This document shows, piece by piece, positions 38,429 to 46,803 of a DNA stretch of 64,000 bases. Position 1 is the stretch's first letter; every line of letters starts with the position of its first letter. Below the pieces are notes generated by a model. That model saw nothing but the letters and a program-made list of their open reading frames with translations. It made no database searches and was not told where the DNA came from. Source of the stretch: Vampirovibrionaceae bacterium NZW_1234 (lineage in GTDB: Bacteria > Cyanobacteriota > Vampirovibrionia > Vampirovibrionales > JAGQHJ01); assembly GCA_041697335.1 (NCBI GenBank), contig JBGUGD010000039.1:96001-160000 (forward strand). The letters are read 5' to 3'. Made by a program: the position numbers and the translations under genes.

Positions 38429-40603
38429 ATGATTGTGGGCAGTATTTCGACTCAAGGAGCGGTATTAACCCAAAGCAAGCCTGTACAGGCATCCAAAATC
38501 AATACAAGATTTAAAGTAAACCATCCTCTACCGCCATTAACAGGCGATAAGCTGGCATTACGTTTTGGATCCTCCGGCTCGTTGCTCTCGCTGAATCCGA
38601 ATTACCGTCACTTTATCGGCGATCTTAAACAAGCCATCAAGCCCTTCAGCCTTTATGACGTTCAACAATGGGACCATTCCTGGACCCCTCCACTGCCTGT
38701 GCTTCATGCGCTGACCCGAGAAGGCAAAAACGTCACCTGTGTGCCGGTCCCGGATCATCGTCCCGGCAAAAGCTATTTGTCCGATCCGGCGGTCATGCAG
38801 AATGTTCCTTCCGACGTCGCGAAATCCCTTCAAAATCTTTTTGTTGACGATACCAAACTGGACACAGCCAACCAATATTTGGCTGAACTTGGCAAAGATG
38901 GCTATGCCAAACCTGCGGCCTTGGCCACGCTGGAAATCACAGAAAGCCTCGGCGTTGGCGTAGGCACCTTCTTAGGGGTCAGTAACGGGCTGGCCGCAGA
39001 ATCCATCTCAAAAATGGGGACGGAAGCCCAGAAGGCCTTTTTTCTCAATGCGGCAAACCACGGCGCGCTGAGCTATGCCTTTGCCCTGACGGAAGAAAAC
39101 ATCGGCTCGGATGCTCGGGGATTGGAAACGACGTATACCGAGACCACGGATGAACGTGGCAATACCCAGTACATTCTCAATGGCAACAAAAAATTTATTG
39201 GCAACGCAGCCCAAGTCACCGATGCCACTGGCAAAATCATCCACCGAGGCGCAGACTTTATTGTCGTGTTTGCCGCCGAAAAGCCCAAGTATGCCCCACC
39301 GGATTGGCACGCCAGTAAAGTTCCCCCGGCCAAGCGAAACTTTAAGGCCTTTTTGGTGCCTCGAACCTTGATTGGGGAAGAAAATATCCGCCACACCGGG
39401 ACCGATGTCGTCACGGGCATTAAATACAACAAAATGGGACTTCGGGAAGTCAACAACGGCGACTTCGATCTCAAGAATGTCAAAGTGCCACAGTCTTTGA
39501 TGCTTGGCGATCCCAAGGACAATATCTATGAAAAATTGATGACCTTACTGGATGAAACCCGTTTACATGTGGCCTGTTTTGGTCAAGGGACCAGCCAGGC
39601 CGCCCTTAATGTGGCTACAAAGTGGGCCACTCAACGCCGACAAGGTGGCAATCTGCTTCAAAAGTATCAGGCTATTGCTGATCCCCTGAAAGATTTGTCT
39701 GCAAAGTCTATGGCAGGCCGTCTTTTAATTATGGAATGTGCCCGACTTGCGGATATTTCGGCTGTAGAGCGAGAAGCCTTTGAAAAAAGTGGTGGTAAAG
39801 GCAAAAAGCCTTTGGTCTTCCGGACCGAAGGTGCCATGGCTAAATATTTCAACACGGAACTGGGCAAAAAATGTGTGGAAGAAGCCATGAGTATCAAAGG
39901 GGGCCGTGGCTACCTGGCCAACGTTCGAGAAGGTGATGGCCTGGAAAAACGTTCCCGGGATGCGGAAGTCACCACCATTTATGAAGGCCAAAGCCGGATT
40001 CAAAAGAACCTCATTGTCGCCGGGGTCCTCATTGAAGAGCGAAAGAAGCATGCATGGCGTATGGGTTTAACCAAGCTCACCAACAGCCGACTCTTTTATC
40101 CCACCCCGTTGTTGCCCATGACCCTGGGCGGCATCCTCAAAGGCAAAGGGAGCCCTCAAGAAACCGTTGAAAAAGCCTTCCAATATGCTCTGTCCACATG
40201 CGTGCCTCCCTATCTGGAGTCCATGAACCGATTGGAAGCCGCGTATAGCAAGCGCAAGGCCCATTGGAAAAAAGAAGGGATCGCCAATCCCTATGAGGGC
40301 TGGGATCGCAAGAGCCTGGAACGGGAGTTTGCGGAAAAGGCGATGCTGCCCATCCAGACCCGCTTACATCATCTGGCGGATATTGCCACCTACCGGAAAC
40401 TCACGCAATTGGTGTCGTCAGAACTAAAACACCTAAAGTCAGCCAGCCATTTAACCGACGAAGAAGCTCTTCGCAAAGAGCAATGCGAGGATTTTCTGAA
40501 AATTGCCGCCAAAGAGGTCCGCAAAACTCTGATCGATATGACCGATCCACTGCTGGTACAGCGTGAAAAAGCTTATTTAAAAACCTATCGGCCTATCGAT
40601 TAG
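38429..40603 (+). CDS. Acyl-CoA dehydrogenase family protein with N- and C-terminal extensions
   Basis: FALTEENIGSDA, YILNGNKKFIGNA, KMGLR, RRQGG, GGRGY, IYEGQSRIQ. Confidence 0.88.
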   Translation: MIVGSISTQGAVLTQSKPVQASKINTRFKVNHPLPPLTGDKLALRFGSSGSLLSLNPNYRHFIGDLKQAIKPFSLYDVQQWDHSWTPPLPVLHALTREGKNVTCVPVPDHRPGKSYLSDPAVMQNVPSDVAKSLQNLFVDDTKLDTANQYLAELGKDGYAKPAALATLEITESLGVGVGTFLGVSNGLAAESISKMGTEAQKAFFLNAANHGALSYAFALTEENIGSDARGLETTYTETTDERGNTQYILNGNKKFIGNAAQVTDATGKIIHRGADFIVVFAAEKPKYAPPDWHASKVPPAKRNFKAFLVPRTLIGEENIRHTGTDVVTGIKYNKMGLREVNNGDFDLKNVKVPQSLMLGDPKDNIYEKLMTLLDETRLHVACFGQGTSQAALNVATKWATQRRQGGNLLQKYQAIADPLKDLSAKSMAGRLLIMECARLADISAVEREAFEKSGGKGKKPLVFRTEGAMAKYFNTELGKKCVEEAMSIKGGRGYLANVREGDGLEKRSRDAEVTTIYEGQSRIQKNLIVAGVLIEERKKHAWRMGLTKLTNSRLFYPTPLLPMTLGGILKGKGSPQETVEKAFQYALSTCVPPYLESMNRLEAAYSKRKAHWKKEGIANPYEGWDRKSLEREFAEKAMLPIQTRLHHLADIATYRKLTQLVSSELKHLKSASHLTDEEALRKEQCEDFLKIAAKEVRKTLIDMTDPLLVQREKAYLKTYRPID

Positions 40604-41325
40604 GACGCCGTTCCCTGGTCGAGTTGTAAAAGTGCTTCTGCCAGGCGACGATCCGCGGCAGTGGTAATTTTAATGTTGCTCGGATCATCCAGGACCATGC
40701 GAACAACAGGTTGCCCTTCAAAATAACGCTCCACCAGCTCGGCATCATCGCGAATGGGGAGCGTTTCATCAATATGACAATGGGCTTTGAACAAAATTTC
40801 GGGCCGGAAGACCTGAGGCGTATGCACTTGCCAAAGGCGCTCTCGATCCAGCGTCATTTCCACCCATGGCGGATCACCGGGAGCTACTTGCTTCACCGTA
40901 TTCTGACACGGAACCCCTAAACTGGCCCCAACCGCTTCGCCTGCCAGAATTGGTGCCAAAGCGGCCTCAATATGCTTCGGCTTTACCAACGGACGAGCAG
41001 CATCATGCACAATGACGGCATTCACCGTTGACGGCATAACTTGGAGCCCCTGCATCACAGAGCCCCGTCGGGTTTCACCACCAATCACCCAGATCAGGGG
41101 AAGTTGGTACTGAAAGGGTTCTAAACACTCGCGATAGGCTTCTTCCCATTGGGGATGGTACACAATCGACACACCACACATATTGGGAACAGCCACCAAG
41201 GCCTCCATGCTTCGGACAATGACGGGCTTTCCTGCAATGGGCTCAAGTAGTTTGGATTGCAAAGGGCTGTAGCGTTGTCCAGAACCCCCGGCCACCAGAA
41301 TGGCCCAGACCACCGGTAATGTCAT
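40600..41325 (-). CDS. ispD: 2-C-methyl-D-erythritol 4-phosphate cytidylyltransferase
   Basis: AGGSGQR, GGETRRGSV, VHDAARP, HTPQVF, DDA, NIKITT. Confidence 0.93.
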   Translation of the reverse strand: MTLPVVWAILVAGGSGQRYSPLQSKLLEPIAGKPVIVRSMEALVAVPNMCGVSIVYHPQWEEAYRECLEPFQYQLPLIWVIGGETRRGSVMQGLQVMPSTVNAVIVHDAARPLVKPKHIEAALAPILAGEAVGASLGVPCQNTVKQVAPGDPPWVEMTLDRERLWQVHTPQVFRPEILFKAHCHIDETLPIRDDAELVERYFEGQPVVRMVLDDPSNIKITTAADRRLAEALLQLDQGTAS

Positions 41326-42338
41326 GACATTAGGTGAGACTCAATGGCATCATCCGACGGCCACGGATGCGCTCCCTCTTGGGGTGCCGGAGACTCTGCA
41401 AAATGCTGAAAGAGTTTTTCGGGCTCCAAAGGACGCACGGTCCCGTCCACATGTTTCAACAAAGCATTTCCGGGACCCGGCCGGTTCTTGGGCAGCACAT
41501 ACCCCACGGGCTTTAATTCCGGAAACAAAACCAGTGTTTCTGGCGGCAAGGAGACCACCAATTCAAAATCTTCGCCACCATACAGCAGCCATTCCTTCGG
41601 ATCGATACCCATACGCTCGGCGACCTGCTGAACTTCCAGGTGTGGTACCAGACGTTTATCTTCCAGGACAATGTCTACCCCACTGGCTTCGGCAAACCTC
41701 ACCATGGCATCAGCCAAGCCATCACTGGAGTCCATCATGGCAAAATGAGGTAAAACCTTGGCCACACGCTGCCCCAGCGACAATCTCGGAATCGGGCGCA
41801 AGTGAGCCTGCTTTGCAACATTAAAGCCGGAGATATTATTCTTCAGGACCTCAAATCCTGCCCGACTCAGGCCATGATCCCCGCTCACAGCAATAACATC
41901 ACCAGGTTGAGCGGTGTGACGCCGACCGGGCAAGCTGCCTGAAGGCAACAGCCCCATAATGGTAATCGACAAGGTCGTTTTATCGGACCGCACTGTATCG
42001 CCTCCGACAACGACACATTGAAATTCCTGACAAATGGCTTCAATCCCTTCATAAATGCCTTCAAGCCTGTCCATTTGAACGTGCTCGGGCATCCCCATGC
42101 TGATGAGAATCCAGCGAGCAACACCCCCAGTTGCCGCAATATCACTGAGACTGGCCGCAATGCTTCGCCAGCCCAAGTCTTGGGGCTGAAAATAATCCCA
42201 GCAGAAATGGACGTCCTCCACCAACATATCGGTGGTTAAAATCGCCCGAGAACTCGGGTCATAAAAGGTATCGTGCCGCAAATCCACTTGAGGCAAGCGG
42301 GATTGTAGACGATTCAGCCATGTGCGTTCCATATTCAT
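41322..42338 (-). CDS. thiL: Thiamine-monophosphate kinase
   Basis: TTDMLVEDVHF, LSDIAATGG, VGGDTV, MDSSDGLA, GGEDFELV. Start placed at ATG 42338. Confidence 0.92.
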   Translation of the reverse strand: MNMERTWLNRLQSRLPQVDLRHDTFYDPSSRAILTTDMLVEDVHFCWDYFQPQDLGWRSIAASLSDIAATGGVARWILISMGMPEHVQMDRLEGIYEGIEAICQEFQCVVVGGDTVRSDKTTLSITIMGLLPSGSLPGRRHTAQPGDVIAVSGDHGLSRAGFEVLKNNISGFNVAKQAHLRPIPRLSLGQRVAKVLPHFAMMDSSDGLADAMVRFAEASGVDIVLEDKRLVPHLEVQQVAERMGIDPKEWLLYGGEDFELVVSLPPETLVLFPELKPVGYVLPKNRPGPGNALLKHVDGTVRPLEPEKLFQHFAESPAPQEGAHPWPSDDAIESHLMS

Positions 42339-42358
42339 ACCGATTACCTTATGGCAAA

Positions 42359-42393
42359 CAATGGGGTGATGCAATGCCGCACCACCCCATTGT
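42359..42393 (-). terminator. Hairpin downstream of the small orphan gene
   Basis: Minus strand CAATGGGGTGGTGC-GGCATT-GCATCACCCCATTG then TTT. Confidence 0.55.
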
Positions 42394-42414
42394 GGAATCT
42401 TTTATGGAGAATTT

Positions 42415-42621
42415 CTAGGCCGAAATGTTGAGCCGGTTGCCAGCCGCACCCGGGTACCCGCCCTGTTGAGGCATATTTAGGTTACCGGCAACTTGAAAAG
42501 GATTGCCCGCACCCTGAGGGGCCTTCATTTGCGGCATTCCGCCACCAAATTCCGGTCCGCCCGCATTGGCCGGGGGCTTTTTGAACATGGCCTGCATGTC
42601 GAAATTTTGTCCAATCTTCAT
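42415..42621 (-). CDS. Small Gly/Pro/Gln-rich orphan protein
   Basis: 68 aa; GGAGG RBS and TATAAT upstream; ends GAAGNRLNISA. Confidence 0.72.
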   Translation of the reverse strand: MKIGQNFDMQAMFKKPPANAGGPEFGGGMPQMKAPQGAGNPFQVAGNLNMPQQGGYPGAAGNRLNISA

Positions 42622-42865
42622 CCCGTGAACAACCTCCAGGTTTCTGTCCCAAATATCTGTCGTAGTCGATATAAAGCATTATACTCTCACTTCGCCTGCC
42701 CTGCCTAGCTGCTTGGCCTAGAAATAAGGTTTTTTTAAGATTCCAAGCCAAACAAAAGGCTTGAAATTTCTTCGCCTTCTTCCTATGCTTCCTAATACGT
42801 AAAAATGGGTTACATACAGTCATACCAGTCATCGTGCAATTGAAATAGAAGGAGTGCATAGACTC

Positions 42866-43384
42866 ATGATTCAAATTGGCAAACCCGCTCCCGAGTTTAC
42901 CGCCCAAGCGGTTGTTGACGGGCAAATCAAAGACGTTTCCTTGAGAGACTACCGTGGCAAATGGGTGGTCCTGTTCTTCTACCCCTTGGACTTCACCTTC
43001 GTGTGCCCCACCGAAATCACCGGCTTCAACGACAAGCTGAACGAATTCGAAAAAATCAATTGCCAAGTGTTGGGCGCTAGTGTTGACAGCGTTTACTCTC
43101 ACTTGGATTGGATGAAAGACTTGGGCCAACTGCGCTTCCCGCTGTTGAGCGACTTGACCAAGCGCATCAGCCGTGACTATGGCATCTTGAGCGAAGAAAA
43201 AGGCATCAGCTTCCGCGGCGCCTTCATCATCGACCCCGATGGCAACCTCAGAAGCTACGTCGTTAACGACTTGTCCGTGGGCCGCAACGTAGATGAAATT
43301 CTGCGTAACGTCCAAGCCTTCCAAACCGGCGAACTCTGCCCGGTTGGCTGGAAGCCCGGCGAAAAAACCTTGGGTAAAGCCTAG
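42866..43384 (+). CDS. ahpC: Typical 2-Cys peroxiredoxin (AhpC/Prx1)
   Basis: [14 protein letters not shown] peroxidatic Cys, [19 protein letters not shown] resolving Cys. Confidence 0.95.
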   Translation: MIQIGKPAPEFTAQAVVDGQIKDVSLRDYRGKWVVLFFYPLDFTFVCPTEITGFNDKLNEFEKINCQVLGASVDSVYSHLDWMKDLGQLRFPLLSDLTKRISRDYGILSEEKGISFRGAFIIDPDGNLRSYVVNDLSVGRNVDEILRNVQAFQTGELCPVGWKPGEKTLGKA

Positions 43385-43413
43385 TCACCCAAGCGCACAG
43401 GGTATTAACCCTT

Positions 43414-43452
43414 AACGAAAACGAGACAGTCATTGACTGTCTCGTTTTCGTT
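43414..43452. terminator. Perfect 19-bp inverted repeat between convergent genes (bidirectional terminator)
   Basis: AACGAAAACGAGACAGTCA-T-TGACTGTCTCGTTTTCGTT. Confidence 0.8.
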
Positions 43453-43478
43453 TAAAGCTTGTTTTGGTTAGCAGTTAC

Positions 43479-43853
43479 TTAGCCAACCACGTTTAATTGG
43501 CTTCCAGCAACGCCCATCTGACCAAAGCGACGGGCAAACTGCTCACCATCGGTCCCGCTTTCTAAGGGGCCACGGGAATTAATGCCAGCATACAACTCGT
43601 TAACGCCACCGGCTTGACCAACGCCTTGGGTTCTACCGACTTGGCCAACACCAAAAGGATTACTACCGCCCTGGACACCAGAGGTTCCAGCGCCAGCGCC
43701 AGAAGCACCATCAACGCCACCGGCAAAGCGGGTGGGATTGGCGCCGTTGGAGCCAAATGGATTGGCAGAACCAGACTGGGCGTTTAAGGACGCAGCATAC
43801 TCTGCGGCTTTCCGCCAACTATCTAATCCTGATGCGCCACCGATAGGTGCCAT
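43479..43853 (-). CDS. Gly-rich low-complexity orphan protein
   Basis: ATG 43853 with GGAG 7 nt upstream; two NPF motifs, RFAGG, ends GVAGSQLNVVG. Confidence 0.75.
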   Translation of the reverse strand: MAPIGGASGLDSWRKAAEYAASLNAQSGSANPFGSNGANPTRFAGGVDGASGAGAGTSGVQGGSNPFGVGQVGRTQGVGQAGGVNELYAGINSRGPLESGTDGEQFARRFGQMGVAGSQLNVVG

Positions 43854-44026
43854 GTTGTACTCCATGCGTATCCAACTATATATATGAATAAAAACAATGT
43901 CATGGCAAATCTTGCTACGACACAGATCACAAACCCACAAAATTCAACCACCCAAAATCAAGCCTGGTGGGAACTTCTGGGAATTCTTAAAACATCCTTA
44001 AGGTTTACAATCCGCGACAAAATCCC

Positions 44027-44473
44027 TTAAATGTGAATGCTTTTGTTTTCACACAAGGGGTCGCATTGCTCATCTTTATGCTGTTTGCAGACGGCACACT
44101 CGTCTAAAATCCTCAACGATATGTCCACTTCCCGGTTCATATCGGCCATCTCAATGAGTTTTTGGGTAATTTTCTCTTTTTTAATCAACAAGGCCTGCCG
44201 TGTACGCTCAATAACGTCTTTATCGGACTGGAGCGTATCGGACGTTCCAATGATTTCCCGGATCTCTTCCAGGGAGAAATCCAGCTTTTTGAGCGAATTG
44301 ATGAACTGAACCCGGCGAATAACCGAGGGATGGTAGAGCCGGAAATTACCCTTGGTCCGATTATCCGGCTCAATCAGACTCAGCTCTTCATAGTAGCGCA
44401 GCGTGCGCAAGGTAATGCCAGTTTGCTTGGCAACGTCTCCAATTTTGAGCAATTGCGGCTCTGTGGTCGTCAT
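44027..44473 (-). CDS. MerR-family transcriptional regulator with C-terminal Cys cluster
   Basis: KIGDVAKQTGITLRTLRYYEELSLI...RTKGNFRLY; C-terminal CAVC...CDPLC. Confidence 0.93.
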   Translation of the reverse strand: MTTTEPQLLKIGDVAKQTGITLRTLRYYEELSLIEPDNRTKGNFRLYHPSVIRRVQFINSLKKLDFSLEEIREIIGTSDTLQSDKDVIERTRQALLIKKEKITQKLIEMADMNREVDISLRILDECAVCKQHKDEQCDPLCENKSIHI

Positions 44474-44600
44474 CGGGTTCAGTGGCCTGTGTCACGGGAC
44501 ATCACACGTTTCAGTATAGCACACAAGCAGTTGCCCTTCAGGGGGAAAGAACCCAGAGGTCCCGTTTTCAACCCCATTCGTTAAGGCTTTGTAATATCAG

Positions 44601-44626
44601 GTTTTATCCCGGACCCCGGAGGGAAT
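44601..44626 (+). promoter_or_regulatory. Putative SigB/SigF-type promoter upstream of flp
   Basis: GTTT-N16-GGGAAT about 110 nt upstream of the pilin ATG. Confidence 0.4.
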
Positions 44627-44737
44627 AAGGGGGTTAAAGGGTTGATTCTCTTACCCAAGGCATCTCACGGAAGAGACGCTTTACCATAACTGAGTACGGT
44701 TTACTGCAAATTTAAAAGAATTAAAGGAGTGCTGTCA

Positions 44738-44935
44738 ATGCAAGACTGGATGAAACGCATGCCTCTGCAAAAACAGGCTGGACAAGGTGTTATCGAGTAC
44801 GCAGGCGCCATGATTGTTGCTGCCTTAATTGTTGCGGCCGTATTGGTCATTGGCCAGCAAGGGATGGGCAACGTCTATAACAGTATCTTTGGTGGTGTTC
44901 AAAGCTTCTTCACCACCCAGTCAGGTAACTTATAA
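44738..44935 (+). CDS. flp: Flp (type IVb/c) prepilin
   Basis: Basic leader, then G/QGVIEY (E+5, Y+6) and a hydrophobic helix; AAAGGAG RBS. Confidence 0.9.
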   Translation: MQDWMKRMPLQKQAGQGVIEYAGAMIVAALIVAAVLVIGQQGMGNVYNSIFGGVQSFFTTQSGNL

Positions 44936-44953
44936 AGAATTTGTTCCTTTGCA

Positions 44954-44989
44954 GCAGAGAGAGAGAGTGGCGTGCCCATCTCTCTCTGC
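44954..44989 (+). other. Stem-loop after the pilin gene (mRNA stabiliser/attenuator candidate)
   Basis: GCAGAGAGAGAGAGTGG-CGTGC-CCATCTCTCTCTGC, with no clear U-tract. Confidence 0.55.
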
Positions 44990-45070
44990 GCTCTCCTATA
45001 TTTCATTTCAGACCGAATGTATCCCCCTAGAACGCCAACCATCCCATCAAGAATAAAGAGGCAACCTTTC

Positions 45071-45556
45071 ATGGCACCGTGTTTCAGGTATTTCAAGAGT
45101 TTTCATCGTTCCAAAAAGCAAGGGCAGGGCACCGTGGAAATGGTCATGTCCATGTTGCTGTTTACGGCCATGATTGGCGCCCTGGTGAGTTTGAGTTTAT
45201 ACCTTTACATCAATCACTCCTTCCTCACAGCGGCCAAAGAAGGTGCTCGGGTAGCTGCAGCCGACAGTAACTTTGCCAATACGGCAACCATCAATACCGG
45301 CATTACTAATGTTCGAAATTGGGTGCGTACCTTTGTATCGAACAGCACGGGCATTCAGCTATCAAACAGCAATATCAACGTCACGGGACCGACCGGGAGC
45401 TCAACCGGAAACCGCCGTATGACGGTGACGATTACCTATCAGTTTCAAAATCCGGTGCAAATCCGCACTTTTCTGAATCGTTTAAGTGGAGGATCCGCGA
45501 CCGGATTGGATACCTTTACGATTACCAATACGGCAACAATGCGCTACGAGGAGTAG
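45071..45556 (+). CDS. tadE: TadE-like pseudopilin
   Basis: G/QGTVEM prepilin motif, hydrophobic helix, AAKEGARVAA. Confidence 0.88.
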   Translation: MAPCFRYFKSFHRSKKQGQGTVEMVMSMLLFTAMIGALVSLSLYLYINHSFLTAAKEGARVAAADSNFANTATINTGITNVRNWVRTFVSNSTGIQLSNSNINVTGPTGSSTGNRRMTVTITYQFQNPVQIRTFLNRLSGGSATGLDTFTITNTATMRYEE

Positions 45557-45565
45557 GATCACACA

Positions 45566-46672
45566 ATGAGTTCCAAGCCAGGATCAGGCGGCCCCAAGCT
45601 GCGTCGTCTTAATATGGGTCAGGTGTTTATCATTTTGGCCGTGGTCAGTGCCGTATTGACCATGGTGGTTTTCAAAAGCATCATGAGCGGCCCTGCTCCG
45701 CAAAAGGCCGAAAAGGTCAAAACAAAGCCCTTGGTGGTTGCGGCGCAACAGCTATACTCGGGAGAAGTCTTACAAGCTAACAGTTTAAAAGTAATTGAAT
45801 GGCCTGCCGATCATTATCCAGAAGGAGAAAACGTATTTGATTCACCTCAAAAGCTTATTGGCCGTGCCCTTAAACGAGACATTTATCCCGGTGAGCCCCT
45901 TTTCAAAATGAGCTTGGCCAATGAATCATCCAATGGCGGTATGCCTGTGGTCATTCCACCCGGCCATCGAGCCATGACCATATTGGTTCGGGAAGACAAA
46001 GGTGTTGGCGGCTTCATCAAACCCGGTGATCACGTGGATGTGCTGGGGACCTTTAACCTCAAGCTGTCTCAAACCAGTGAAAAAGCAGTGGCTGAAAACA
46101 CCGGTGTCTTGTTGGAAGACAGCATCGATGTTTCCCAAACCGTCTTACAGGATGTCTTGGTTCTGGCGATCGCCCAGGAAATGTATGACAAGAAAAATGT
46201 CATCGAAGAAGGCTTAGAAGGGTCAAATTCAGGCAATCCCCCCGCCGAGACCAATGGCAATGGCACCACCCCGGCAAATAACAACAACGCCCCCAAAGGC
46301 GATGTGACTAAAGGTAAAGTGGTTTCCTCCATTACCTTGGCTGTAACACCGGAAGAAGCTGAAAAGCTGGCCTTTGCCGATACTCGTGGCCAACTCCGCC
46401 TGGCTTTACGCCCGGAAAACGAGCACGAAGAAGTCAGTCTGCTTGGGGCTTTCAGTCAGGACATGCTGCCTTTTAACAAAATGATGGAAAAGCTGGCCCA
46501 GATGACCGCCGGAATGGATCCATCCCTGTTTGGCCCCAAGCCCTCGGCCGCATCCTCCGAGTCCATGCCGCCCGCTCCCATGGCAGCCGCATCGGCCCCC
46601 CCGCCGGTCTTTACCAGCGGAAAAGAAATTCAACTGATTGAAGGAACCTCAAAAAGCAGTATCAGTTTCTAA
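45566..46672 (+). CDS. cpaB: Flp pilus assembly protein CpaB/RcpC
   Basis: SAF domain (VVAAQQL..GEVL), IPPGHRAMTI, VGGFIKPGDHVDVL, VLQDVLVLA, ITLAVTPEEAEKL. Confidence 0.92.
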   Translation: MSSKPGSGGPKLRRLNMGQVFIILAVVSAVLTMVVFKSIMSGPAPQKAEKVKTKPLVVAAQQLYSGEVLQANSLKVIEWPADHYPEGENVFDSPQKLIGRALKRDIYPGEPLFKMSLANESSNGGMPVVIPPGHRAMTILVREDKGVGGFIKPGDHVDVLGTFNLKLSQTSEKAVAENTGVLLEDSIDVSQTVLQDVLVLAIAQEMYDKKNVIEEGLEGSNSGNPPAETNGNGTTPANNNNAPKGDVTKGKVVSSITLAVTPEEAEKLAFADTRGQLRLALRPENEHEEVSLLGAFSQDMLPFNKMMEKLAQMTAGMDPSLFGPKPSAASSESMPPAPMAAASAPPPVFTSGKEIQLIEGTSKSSISF

Positions 46673-46803
46673 TAAAGAAGAAAGAACACACGTTCACAAC
46701 AAACACAACCGTAAACCCAATCGACCCCTAGAATAAAAGGTGTGCTTATTTTTTAGACAAACAGAGCAGAGTTGGAGACAAGGCGAGGAGTTCGTTTTTT
46801 ACA

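Noticed and set aside
42482..43324. 280-aa minus-strand ORF
   Set aside because: Antisense shadow of the codon-biased peroxiredoxin gene; no recognisable motifs.
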